Assembly: GCF_009914755.1 (NCBI RefSeq)
Contig: NC_060927.1
Reading direction: 5' to 3' (one strand)
DNA from: the human T2T-CHM13v2.0 reference genome, Homo sapiens
Length of the DNA: 64,000 nt
Part shown: positions 1-12,932 of the stretch, piece after piece
How positions within the stretch are numbered: the stretch's first letter is position 1
Layout: the number at the start of each line of letters is the position of its first letter
Position numbers and translations under genes: made by a program
The notes under the pieces: generated by a model
Told to the model about the DNA's origin: nothing
Databases searched by the model: none
Seen by the model: only the letters and a program-made list of their open reading frames with translations

Positions 1-1809
1 CCCCATTGCCTGGTTTTAAAAGGAACTCACTATTTTTGCTTATCCCTGTGACAGTAGTAACTGCAGGATTCAGGCCTTTGTGCTTCTTTGATTTAGTTTC
101 TGTCAAGTTCTCTTTTTTTTCTGTCCATCTTCTATAAACTCTGTGATGGTTGAGTAGAATTTTAGAGCTGAATATAGATAAAGTACTGTATTACATCTGA
201 TTGTAGAAGCTACTAGTACTTTTCAAAATCCTGTTTTTAAGCACACGGGAATGCACTTGCATGTGGCCAAGTGTGGCCAATGAGAGAGTCAATGAGACTA
301 GGTCGGAATATAGCAAGCACAAGGGCATTGAGGTGCCTCAGCAGAGGCTGACCTAAACCGGGAAAAAGTGCATGTCTAAATGTGAAGGAGGCTCCACTTC
401 TCCTAAGAATAAGACCCCTATCAGCCTAACTGACACTTTGCTTAGTACAATTCTACCAGCAGGTGAGAGCATAGTTAATATATCTCTGGTTGAAAGTTAA
501 AAATCACTTTGCCTCCAGCTGGACAAAAACAAGCATTAGTTAAATAAATTTTATGCCTAGTTTTACAGATGCTTACTGCAAAATGAGATGTGCACAAGAA
601 TACTGACATTGTTACAAATACAGGGAGCATAATAAATGCTCTGCTTATAAAATTTCATTCTAGAATTGGCTCGACGCTTCCCTAAACTTGCTCCATTAAA
701 CAGGAGAAAAATATGCCAAGGTTTTTTTTTTTTTTTCTAGTTCTAAATTGTGGAGCTAATAGCCACATATTTGCATACTAATAAAGTCCTTTTTATTTGA
801 TAACTGTTACTGTGCTTATTCTTTCAAGAATGGCAATCAATCTCTTTTGGGATCAACTACAGTACTTGGTAGAGCTGGACAAACAGCAGTGTTTTGTTTC
901 TCCCCTTCTGAGTTTGCAGGTCTTACTTGCCATTCATTCTTTCACTGAATGGGATTCTAATTTTAATGGCTTAATCAGGCTGTACTCTAACCTAATCATG
1001 TTGTTTCAGGGATTTACAGAATTTCCCAGCAAGATCTGAGCCCGTAGATGTAAGAAAATACATCGTGGATTCTCCAACATTAGGATTTTTGCGTTTTTCA
1101 AAGAGAGGCAATCACATTAAGGTAAAATCAGTGAAAAGTCCATCGCTTAATCTGTGAGTAATAACCAACATATGTTATAGGAAAGCACAGTACTAGGCAT
1201 GAAAGGGCATACCAAGAACCAAAAAACAAAATTCAGTGTCATCCTGCAGAAGTTGGGCTCCACCCACCTCTGTTTCCATGGTCTCTTGTGTGTGCTTCCT
1301 ACATAGGCATATCCCTGATCACACTGCACAGTCATTGTCTTTCTTTCCTCCTGGAATCATACTTCTTGATAAGACCTTGATCTCTTTCATCTCTGTATCT
1401 GTAGAATTTACATTGTGTTTGCCACATTGCCAGGTGGGGGTGGTGGGGAGGGGTATCCTAATTAAAGTGTATTGAGTGGATAGATGTGGGCGGAAGTTAA
1501 TAGCAATGATCTCAGGACTTCCTCTAACACCAGACATTCTGTGAAGGAAGAATTATGTATAATAATGAGGCTTCCTTTCTGAAGAGGATTGTGAGGAGAA
1601 TTCTCTGGTATAGGGGACATAGTGTAGAGAAAGTTCATTCAAAAGATTTACTAAGTTTAATCTATCCCCAGGCATGAGGCCAGGTGCAGGGAAATGTAGG
1701 GCTGTACAAGGTAGACTTAAATACTGCCCTTGGCATTTTACAGTCTAATAAAGAAGACAGACAATAATGGCCAAATCTGCCTCCACCAAGAAAACTCATA
1801 GGGTTACAG

Positions 1810-2014
1810 TAGTGGTGTGCTGGAATTTCCTCTTACCTGAAATAGCTCCTGGAAGCCATTGGTTATAAATATTCAGGTACTTTTCAGTATGGTTGTTAAA
1901 CTATTAGTTGCTTGAAATTGGCCATGGTGAGAGTGAAATAAGCAAACACTACAAATCTGGGACTTTTTTTTTTTTTTCTTTTTTGGAGGAGAGCCAGATT
2001 ACCAGCCCACCGTA
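1810..2014. mobile_element. MER63A-like hAT-Blackjack MITE
   Basis: Degenerate TIRs tagtggtgtgctgg ... ccagcccaccgtag; internal 'gcttgaaattggccatggtg' and 'ctacaaatc(t/a)ggg' plus T-run match the recalled MER63A consensus. Confidence 0.75.
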
Positions 2015-3204
2015 GTTGCAGTAATTTGTAACTAACTCTACACCTTTTCACCTCCCTTTCTCATCTGTGTCTGCCTTTTTCCTTTAGTAGGTGATAATAT
2101 AAAACTGAAGCATATTTATATGATACTTAATTTTAAACGTTTTATATTTTAAATTTAAAAAATTCATGAACTTTTAATATTTTTATAAAATAAAGCAAAA
2201 CGCTTTATTCTTTCCTTTTACATGTGCCTTACACTAACACAGATAATGAAAACTGTGTTCAGCCAGTGCATAATGCTGTGTATACATAGTATTCTGTAAA
2301 TATATATTGACTTGAATCACATAGAATTGGCATAAATAAAATTGAATTGAAATGAAGGCTGGACTAATTTAGAATCTTCAATAATGCAAGATACCTTTAC
2401 TTTTTGTACTGAATTAAAACTAACTTTAATACTAAAAATATAACAACTTATTGTGTAAAAAAAGTAATTTATGTTTATTGTTTATAAAGCTACATAGGTC
2501 TGTTGTCAACTATATATTTTTTTCATAAACTGACAATATTTTGATTATCTGTGCCAATGTACATCTTTGAAACTTTACTAGCAAGCAATACAACTAGAAT
2601 TCTAAATTATTTTTCAATCTAGACTTTATACTTACTTGAGGCTCACCTTGTTTTAATTTGCTGAAATTTATCTGCAATTCTTGATTTGTATGCATTACCA
2701 AGGTTTCTAATTCCTTCACATTTTGAAGTCATTTTTACTGTGTGTTATTATCTTCGGTACATGGAGGATCCTGTGAAATTTCCCACTATAGTGTGGTAGA
2801 TAAGAGCAAAGACCATTGTATCTGAAAGTCTTGGTCTTGAATTATAAGAAATAGAGTTTGGTCAAATTACTCATTTATTCTAAGCTATAAATTTTTTATC
2901 AGTTAAGTGAGCATAAGGTAGTACCTACATCACAGAGATGTGTGCTGATGACATGAGACGGTGGATGTAGAGACTTTAATACAGTGGCATGCACATACGC
3001 AGATAAAGCTCTATGAGGTTAGCTACTAAAACATATGGACAAGAAAAAAAACAGAAATCTGAAGTCCAAATGCCTTCAAGATCTGCAAGGTATCTACTGG
3101 AAGAGCAAAACAATGAAATGAGATTAGTGGATGTACTATGAAAACTTAGAACTAGGAGAAAAAACAATTGATGTAGTATTTCTAAGTATAGTCCAGGGGA
3201 AAAA

Positions 3205-3410
3205 ATAATAGTAACTGATATTTGTTGAACATCTACCATGTGCCAGATGCTTTTCTAGTGTTTTACATATACTAACTCATTTACTCTTCAAAATAACCCT
3301 CCAAAGCAGATGCTCTTGCACATATTCTCATTTAGAAATGTGAAAACTAGGCTAGACAAAAGGTCGTCTCCAACAAAGTGACAGAGCAAATATTTAAATC
3401 TTGAGCCCAG
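3205..3410 (-). mobile_element. MIR SINE fragment
   Basis: 'ataatagtaactgatatttgttgaacatctaccatgtgccagatgct...aactcatttactcttcaaaataaccct...gaaaactaggct' matches the MIR core, reverse orientation. Confidence 0.65.
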
Positions 3411-3430
3411 GGAATACCTTTAGAATAAAA

Positions 3431-3640
3431 ACACATGCACACACACACTCTAGGGTTTTGAATATATATATATATATGTATGTGTGTGTATATATATATA
3501 TATGTATATGTGTATATATATATGTGTCTATATATGTATACCTTAGAGTATATTATTTATATATATACACACAAATACATACTTAAAAATGCACACATAA
3601 AAATACACATACACATATATATATATATGCATATACACAT
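3431..3640. repeat. Compound (CA)/(TA)/(TG) microsatellite
   Basis: Directly visible alternating purine-pyrimidine tract. Confidence 0.9.
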
Positions 3641-4127
3641 AGTTGATCCTTAGATCTTTAAACAATGCAGGGGTTAGGCGAATTGGCCCCCTGCCCCCCA
3701 TAGTAAAAACTTTGCATATAACTTTTGTCTCCCCAGGAACTTAACGACTAATAGCCTACTGTTGATCAGAAGCCTTACTGATTACATAACAGTCAATTAA
3801 CACATATTTTTTACCTTATAGGTACTATATGCTCTATTCTTACAATAAAGTAATTTAGAGAAAAGAAAATGTTATTAAGAAAATAATTAGCAAGAGAAAA
3901 TTTAATTACTATTCATTAAGTGGAAGTGAATCATCATCAAGGTCTTTATTCTCTTTGTCTTCACAATGAATAGGCTGAGGAGGAGGATGAAGAGAAGGAG
4001 TTGGTCTTGCTGTCTCAGGGGTGGCAGAGGGAGAAGAAAATGCATACGTAAGTGGACTTACCACAGTTCAAATCTGTGTTGTTCAACGGGTAACTGTTCA
4101 ATGGGTAACTGTTCAACAGGTAACTGT
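3640..4127. mobile_element. Tigger2a (MER28)-like TcMar-Tigger element
   Basis: Starts tagttgatcctt (consensus cagttgaccctt). Internal 'cttaacgactaatagcctactgttgatcagaagccttact' and 'ggtcttgctgtctcaggggtggcagagg'. Ends gttgttcaa(c)gggtaactg. Confidence 0.85.
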
Positions 4128-4706
4128 TGTATGTATATATTGTATGTATATATATATTGTATGTATATATATTAAATACAAGGTGTTTACGTACAGCCCC
4201 TATTCTAGCCTTTTTCAGAAAAATATACATTCACTTAATATTTATAATAATCCTATGATACAGGCACTATCACTATTCTTAGTTTATAAATGCAATAGCT
4301 ATAACTGAGGCACAGATAGGTTAAATAACTTGTCTAAGTTCTCACAGCTAGTAAACGAGAGTTGAGCTCAAACCTAGGCAGTCTGAATCAGCCTCAGAAT
4401 CCGCTAGCTACATGGCAGCTGTAAGCTTCAGTTAAAAGGAATTGTAACAGCTCAATTCCACCAGCAAGCACATATCAATTGTGGAAATAACAATGAAGTT
4501 TACTAAAGAAACATCCAGAAGATTCTTTCCAGAAGTAATGATTTCACTATGTAGAAAACTATCTGTACTTGCTATAATCTAGTTATGATTTGTTTCTCCA
4601 CAGTGCTCTCAATACAGAGAGATATGCTTGAGTATTTGAATTTTTGAATTCTTAGAACACAGCTATATTTCTCAAAGAAAATTAGTAAACTGGCGTTTAC
4701 TGGCAG

Positions 4707-5023
4707 TAGAGTTCTCCCTTGGTATTCTTGAAAAATTGGTTTCAGGACAACCCTCCCCACACTAAAATCTGGGGATATTCATCCCTTATATAAAATGGTT
4801 TAGGATTTGCCTATAACCTATGTACATTCTCCATATATTTTAAATCATCTCTAGATTACTTATACATAATACAACTAAATAGTATACAAATAGCTGTTAT
4901 ACTGTATTGTTTTATATTTATATTTTTACTGTTGCATTGGTTTAAAAAAATTTTTTTTAATATTTTTGATCTACGGTTGGTTGAATCCATAGATGCCAAG
5001 CAGTGGATACACAGGGCTGACTG
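4707..5023. mobile_element. MER2 TcMar-Tigger MITE
   Basis: 'ttggtttcaggac', 'tttaaatcatctctagattacttata' and 'ggttggttgaatccatagatg...gggctgactg' match MER2. Confidence 0.85.
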
Positions 5024-6937
5024 TGATACCAACTATGAGGTCTTTATGAAGCATCCAATATCCTATCTCATGTTTCATTGCTCCTCTATATCTCCATTAG
5101 CTATAAAAATGCAAATCCCTTTTCTTATTTGTATTGTTACTGCTAAGAGAAGATTTAAAGAGAAAGTTTAATAAAGATTTTTTTTTAAAGCTAACCTTCA
5201 GCTTGTTAGGTTTCATTAATTCTTGGTGGATAAAACATTGGTCAGAACATGTTTCTTGGATGGTTGACTGCTTTTAATTGTGTACATTATCTCTGTGTCT
5301 AGGCATAGAGGCTTAATTTTTCTAGTTCTAAGGATTTGTTTTGAAGCAAAACAACCTTTCACTAAACTCTAGAATAATCCTCTCTCTGAAGTCTGCTCTC
5401 CATCTGTGTCCCCCAGTTTAAAACTCTCCCCCTCCATCTGCTAAATTCAATAATGACTTTAGCACCAAGCAGCAGGTAGAACCAATATGCTGGCTCAAAA
5501 TGGAATCCTGAAAATGAATCTCGCATCCCTGCTGCAGAATCATCTGTGTTTGCTATTCTGCCCCCATTAATCTCCAGGGAATAAGAGTGAGAAACATGTC
5601 AAGGGATAAAGCAGGGAGGGAGGATTTTTATAATTAATTGAAAACAATAATAGTATAAAAGTCATCAGCCCTTTGCCTGCATAAGGCCAGCTTTGCAAAA
5701 CAACAACAACAAAAATGAAGATGCCACAGCTACAGCTATCTTCCAAACACAAGCTAGATGGGAGGGTGTGTAAATGCACTCATACACACCCACTCTTAAG
5801 ACACATCTTTCAAAATTTTAACAGAAACTTATCTTAAAGGACAAAAATCCCACCTGCCAGATTACTGATTATAATGTATGAAAGTACAGGGTGCAATCAT
5901 AAGTACATAGAAATAGAAAGTCAAGAAATCATTAAATTGTTGTAGTAAAGAATTTTCATGTTTCTATCAAAAATAATTTCTCTTAGAATGACAATTTGAA
6001 ACACCATCTTTTATTCCTAAAATACCTGGATCATTCATTAATTAAAAACTCAGAATGTGTCAGCACATTCACACTGTCTCTTCCAACTGTTTGACTTTTT
6101 AAAGACATAAACTGTTCTTCTAGTCTTGTAGTTGAATTTTTAAAAATTGCTTCTGAACACCCTCAGGGGCACACATAAAACATGTATATTCTCTTCCCTC
6201 CTTTTTGAATGTAGCACATTTTCACATACCATGTATGTTTTCAAAAAGAACCTTTTTGATACAAGTTCTTCAAGTGAAAGATGGGTAGATTGAAAACAAA
6301 ACAGGAAATAACCTGTGGAGAAAGGGAAATTCTTCTGCTCTTTCTTATATAATTTTTCTTCAATTTAGTCATTATTCAGAAAATCACAGGATTAAGTACT
6401 ATTCACTGGTCACTCAAATTTTAGAAGGCTTTTTTTGCAATTTTTTGCCATTTTCTGCCTCATAACGCTGGTACCCCCTGCCAACTTTATACATCACTCC
6501 CACTTACCATCTCATTCATTTACATTTTTTCCTCCTCATTCACCATCCTCCTGCAGGTAGGCAATGACTTGAGTTGCCCTGGACTCATTTTAAGCTAACT
6601 TATTTCATTTATTTTCCTGCAAATGTATTCAGCTTCTTCCCCTTTCTTACTTCCAACCTCTATTTCTATAATATTAACATGTTTTTTCATGTCCATCCAT
6701 TTTATTCCTCTTATCACATCTCTTCCATTCTTTTTTTTTAAATGCCACTAATGGCACTTCTTTATATACTAGTAGGTAATAGTATACTTTAGATTTACTT
6801 GTGAATTACATTTAAACCATTGTCTACAGAAAAAGTATAAATATTTAATATATGTTATTTGACTTATAAACTTCAAGAATGAAAGGGATAGAACCAGCAT
6901 AATTAGTTCATATGACAGAAAGCACAATATCCATATT

Positions 6938-7281
6938 TTTAAAATCATGTCATTTGCAGCAACATGGATGGAGCCGGAGGCCATAATCCTAAGCAAGTTA
7001 ATACAGGAAAAGAAAACCAAATACCATATGATCTCACTTATCAGTGGGAGCTAAGCACTGAGCACACATGGACATGAATATGAGAACAATAGACACTGCA
7101 GACTATGAGAGTGAAGAGAGGGGAGGTGGGTTAAAAACTACCTATTGGGTACTATGCTTACTACCAGAGTGATGGGATTCATACTCCAAACTTCAGCATC
7201 ATGCAATATTCCCAAGTAACAAAGCTGCACATGTTCCCCCTGTATCTACAAAGAAGTTGAAAATTAAAAAAAATAATAAAA
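6938..7281 (+). mobile_element. 5'-truncated L1 (L1PB-like) 3' end
   Basis: ORF2 end 'aaatcatgtcatttgcagcaacatggatggag...atctcacttatcagtgggagcta', then 3'UTR and A-rich tail. Confidence 0.85.
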
Positions 7282-9124
7282 GTAAAAGTAACTAAGCATG
7301 GACAAAGAAAAATGGAGTGTGGAGACAGTGGACGATGTTGACTCAATGAAGACTGGGACTCTGCTCCCCCAAATCTCTGCCTTTCACTTTTCTTTTTTTT
7401 TTTTTTTAACCTCCTTAATTTTTTCTTTCCTTTCTTTTTCTGTTGTGTGTATAATTCTTTTCTTTCTTTAACCTCTGCCCTTGTGTTTCTAACTTACTTC
7501 TACACTCTCTCTTCTTATTCATCTTCATTTCTGTTTCAGTAAAGTGCAGGGTGTAGTTGCCATGCCATTTGGTGGCAGAGCAATGGCATTTAAAAATATG
7601 GCTTTCTTTTATACAACCATGCTTGAATCTCTTCTTTTTAAAAATTAAATAACTAAATTTATAATCTTTTTGGTAAATAGTTTAGAGTACAGTATTGCAA
7701 AGTAATAATTAAGAAGATGCACATGTGCTTGTCAGTAAATACATTTTAAACACTGCTTATATTATTAACATTCACAACTCCCATCTGATAAGCTTATCCT
7801 CAGCCCTGATTTTACATTTGATAACTTTAGTGATTGGAAAAGCAGAAGAATAAAAGGAGAGAAAAATATAAAGTAGATAAGGTTAGTAGATCTTTCCAGG
7901 ATTGCTTTCTGCTATATGAATTACTTCCATACTAAACTGCATTTGGGATTTTCCTTTTCCTTTTTTCAGTCTAGATATGGTATACACATTTACTCCAAAG
8001 AGTAAAAGTTCCGAAAACAGAGAAGCCTAAGGAAAAATTCCTACTCTGCCACTTAATAGCTCCACTACTTTGGGCAAGAAATTATAGCAACTATACTTTA
8101 GTTTCTTTATCTATATTTAGGACTAATCACATATATTTCAATGGTTGCAAGGATGACTAAACCAGGAAAACACAAATTAAATCTCTGACATTTATAATTG
8201 CCCACTTAATATTAGTTCTTGTTTCTATTTGAAGGTGGTTCATTACCCTGTATGTTGCAATAATATTTTTATGTTAGTCACAGTAAGCACATAGCTACAT
8301 TTTAACAGTCAGATATATTATTACATCATGTGGTTACAGCCCACAAATGGAAAGAAAGTTGTCAACTTCAAAAAAATTTCCTCCAATTACCCCACTTTCC
8401 GTAGAGAGTCTAATGTAATTTGCATACAATGACTGAAGTTATTGCTGGGGTTCCACTTTGCCAATTTCTAGCAGCAAGCCTAGAAATTGTATTTTAACTG
8501 CTTTCTACAAAGGTTAATGTTGTATATTACAGAAATGTAGAAAAACAATTGTACCTGTATTTCTGATGTGATATACTATTTTTCTAAAGCTATTTTGTCT
8601 TTGTTCATTCAATTGACAAACTTGATCTAATTGACATATAGAACACTGTACTAAACAATCCTAAAATATACATTATTTTCATGTGTATAAAGAATATTAA
8701 CCACAACTGGCCATATCCTGGACTATAAATCAAATGGGCTACAAAAATCAAATTATTGAAATCATGCAGAGTATTGCCTCTGATAATAAATTAAGTTAGA
8801 AATTATCAATATGATAACTAGAAAATCTCCACATATTGGGATGTTAATCAATGCATTTCTAGATAACACATGAATCAAAAAAATGCAATGCAATTTAGAG
8901 AATATTTCAAAGCAAATAACAGTGAAAGTATGACATATCCAAACTTGTTAAATACAGCAAAAGACTGCTTAGAGAGAAATGTATAAAGTTAATCCCTGTC
9001 ATTAGAAACAGAAAAGCCAAATACTAGTGATCTACCCATCCATCTCAAAATGACATTTAAAGAGAATAGCAATGTAAACTTAAAAAAGAAAAAAAGAAAC
9101 AAAATTTTTTAAAAATAAAAAACA

Positions 9125-9462
<338 letters not shown>

Positions 9463-9469
9463 CTATTTT

Positions 9470-10058
9470 TTATATATATGTATGTGTGTGTATATATGTG
9501 TATATATGTATGTATACACACACATACACACACACATATATACATATGTGTATATACACGCACATATACATATATGTATATATACACATACATATGTATA
9601 TACGCATATATGTATATATACACACACATATATGTATATGCACACATATACGCATATATGTATATATACACATATACGCATATACACATATATGTATATA
9701 TACACATATACGCATATACACATATATGTATATATACACACATATGCGCACATATGCATATATGTATATATGCGCATATACGCATATATATACACATATG
9801 TATATATACACATATACACATATACACATATACACACATATATACACACACACAAAGAAGTTATTTCAAAGAAATAACTTCTGTCTTCGTTGGACCCCTT
9901 TATCATATATATATACGTGTATATATATACAAGTATATATATACATGTATATATGTGTATATGTGTGTGTATATACGTGTATATATATGTATATATACAT
10001 GTGTGTGTATATATATGTGTATATATACATATATATGTGTGTGTATATATATATATAT
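9470..10058. repeat. Long compound (TA)/(CA)/(TG) microsatellite, split by an inverted copy of flanking DNA
   Basis: Directly visible; it generates the Y/I/H/T/V/C-rich spurious ORFs. Confidence 0.95.
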
Positions 10059-10319
10059 GATAAAGGGGTCCAACGAAGCCAGAAGTTATTTCTTTGAAAA
10101 GACTAATGCTATTTATATATCCTTAGCAAAGCTATTCCAGGAGAAAAGGAATGCAAACGTAACCAATGGCAAATGTTAAAGGTAATATCACTAAGGATAA
10201 CACAGACTTTAAAAACACAATATAAACATATTACAAACAACTTTATTCCAACAATTTGGTTTTACATGACCAAAATGTAAAATTACTATGAAAACATAAC
10301 ATCAAAAATTATACAAGAG

Positions 10320-11480
10320 GGCATATGTACTGCCCAAATCTTGGTTTCTAATTCCAATTCTTTAATAAAATAAACCAAGATTCCTTGGAGAAATAGCTGA
10401 TTTTAGGACTGGCGCAGAAAATATACAGAATGAACTTAAAACATGTGGTGCTAGAAATTAAGAAAGTATTCAGAACACAAACAAATAAATAATAACAAAA
10501 AAACCTCACAATAATGTTTGTATGTTAAAGGGGTAAAGTAGCCAAATGAAAGAGCTCCCAGTCGTCCAACTGGCACAATTTGAAAAACAGTGACAAAAAG
10601 TATTATAATCCTCTAATTATAAATATGTAAAATAAATATCTATGAATACATACTGATTTAAATAAATAATTGAATAAATAAATGGGAGAAAATAGACACA
10701 TTTCCTGTGCAAAAGAATTTCAATATATATAAATACCCTAAGCTTAAGGAATATAATTCCATGCTTTTTAATTATGGGCTACACATAATGACTTTTTTCA
10801 AAACGTACTGTTTGCAAAGAGAGGAGATAAAAGAGTAACTTTGCCATGAGGAGAAATGAGAAACACTGGCTCACCTCAGGTGATGAAAGTGAACATCGAC
10901 AGTAATGAGTCATATTTATAGTGGGTATCTTTTTTTTTCTTCAGCAAGCGCTTTATTTATCAGAAGGGCATTACGCTTGACCTCCAAATTTGGCTGACAA
11001 TTTACTGAGGAGATTCATAACCTTTGGGTTGCTCTGGTATTTTGACATATTCGCTGGGTTCTGAGGCACATCCTGGAAGGCCACCATAACTTCTGGATCC
11101 TGCATGGCTGCAAGAACCTCTGGATCACTAAGAATTTCATATAGTGGGTATCTTTCATGTGATGTAATGAGAATGGCACTTTACTTCTGTTGTCTTCCTC
11201 TCATTAACACACATTAAAACACATTACCCCAGTCTAGTCATGGGGAAAACATCAGGCAAATCTCAGCTCAGGAATATTCTACAAAATACCTAGCCCTCAA
11301 AACTGTCAAAGTCATCCAAGCAAGGAAAGTCTGAGAGACTGTCACATGACATTCAGGAGACATGATCATTAAATGTCATGTGATAATCTGGATGGAATCC
11401 TGAAACAGAAAAAGGATATTAGGAAAAAGCTGAGGAAATCTGAATAAAATACGGATTTTGGTTAATAATAAAAACATACA
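10320..11480 (+). mobile_element. L1MC3-like 3'UTR segment nested in the older L1
   Basis: 'cccaaatcttggtttctaa...ttccttggagaaatagctgatt' and 'ctggatggaatcctgaaacagaaaaaggatattag' are typical of L1MC3/L1MD 3' ends. Confidence 0.65.
10933..11139 (-). pseudogene. ST13: 5'-truncated processed pseudogene fragment of ST13 (Hsc70-interacting protein Hip), C-terminal STI1/DP region
   Basis: Minus strand 11138-10971 translates [55 protein letters not shown], the ST13 C-terminus with two apparent substitutions. Followed by AATAAA (10957-10952) and a short A tail; perfect 16-bp TSD tatagtgggtatcttt at 10917-10932 and 11140-11155. Confidence 0.95.
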
Positions 11481-12704
11481 AACAAACAAAAACCACTTTC
11501 CTGCAGAAAAGGAAAGTGGAAAAAAGATAACTGTAGAAAACAATGATAGAATAATAAAGTAAATCATTGAATAAGAAATCAAAATCAAATATGCTTGTTT
11601 TGTGGAAGAACATAAAGCATCTCTAGCCTCATATCTCCTTATTATGGAGAAAATCTCAGCTATGAATAGTCTTGCACAGGAAACACGTGGGGAGAATGTT
11701 AGAAAAGTTAAACACATTTTGTTGCTCTGGAGAAATATTAAATATCACATCTAGAGGGGAAAAATTGCTCTGTAAAACAGAATACAGACCTTTATCCTGT
11801 ATTCTGTATGGACTATGAACATTCCTTTCTTTCATTTCTGGACCGTTATAGAGATTAAGAAAGTAAAATGTTAAAAAAATGCACAAAAAAATGGAAAACT
11901 GAATATTCCTATCCATTTGAGGTATAGATACTAAAAACTTTGCATACACTTATATTTTATTCTATACAGAAACAAACAAAAAACTTTCATGCAAAGAAGC
12001 TCTAGACCCCAATGCTTTCATTTACATGAAATTAAAAAATAATTCCAATTTGTTGGGAAAAGATGGCACAGCTCAGACACATTGTTCCCTATACAAATAC
12101 ATATATAAAGTTGTGTATAAAAGTTTACATATAGTTATTATATATAAAATTTCTCATATATGTATACACATAAAACTAGCAGAGATAATATCTGACAGGG
12201 CTATTTCAAGAAAGAAAAATTATAGGTCAATTTCTCTCATGAACATAGACGCAAATAAAAAACAGCAACAGAATCCAGCAACATATAAAAATTATATCAC
12301 AACTAAAATGCATCATTATGGTGATGTGACATTGATTTAACATTTGAGAACTGATTATTATAATTCTCCATATTAATAATAGGAGAAAAAGCCCATAATC
12401 ATGTCAATAGAAAGAAAAAAGCATGTGATAAAATTCTACCTCATTCATGATTAAAAAAATATATATATACACCTATATAAACAACATTTCCCAAACTGGA
12501 GAATAAAGGGAAGTTACATAAGATATACTTATCATAAAGTATATCTTTAAAAAATCAGAAAGATTATCTTACTTTATAGTGAAATATTGACCACTTTATC
12601 CCAAGTATGGGAATAAAAAAAGATACTGGCTATCACCATTTCTATTAAATATTGCAACAAATGTCCTAGCCAGGACCCAAAAATAATAAACTTAAAATTT
12701 TTTG

Positions 12705-12932
12705 AATTTATAATTTTATGATTATATAATACTTGTAAATATTTATGGGGTACAGTTGATACTTTTATATCAGCATACAATATGTAATGATCAAATCTGT
12801 GTAATTGAGATATTCATCACCTTGAAAATTTATTATTTCTTTGTGTTTGTAACATACCAAATCTACCCTTCAGTTATTTTGAAATATACAATAAATTATT
12901 GCTAACAATAGTCACCCTATCGTGCTACCAAA
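12705..12932 (-). mobile_element. L1MA-type 3' end fragment
   Basis: 'atatttatggggtaca...atgtaatgatcaaatc...ttattttgaaatatacaataaattattgctaac...agtcacccta' is an antisense L1MA 3'UTR. Confidence 0.8.
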
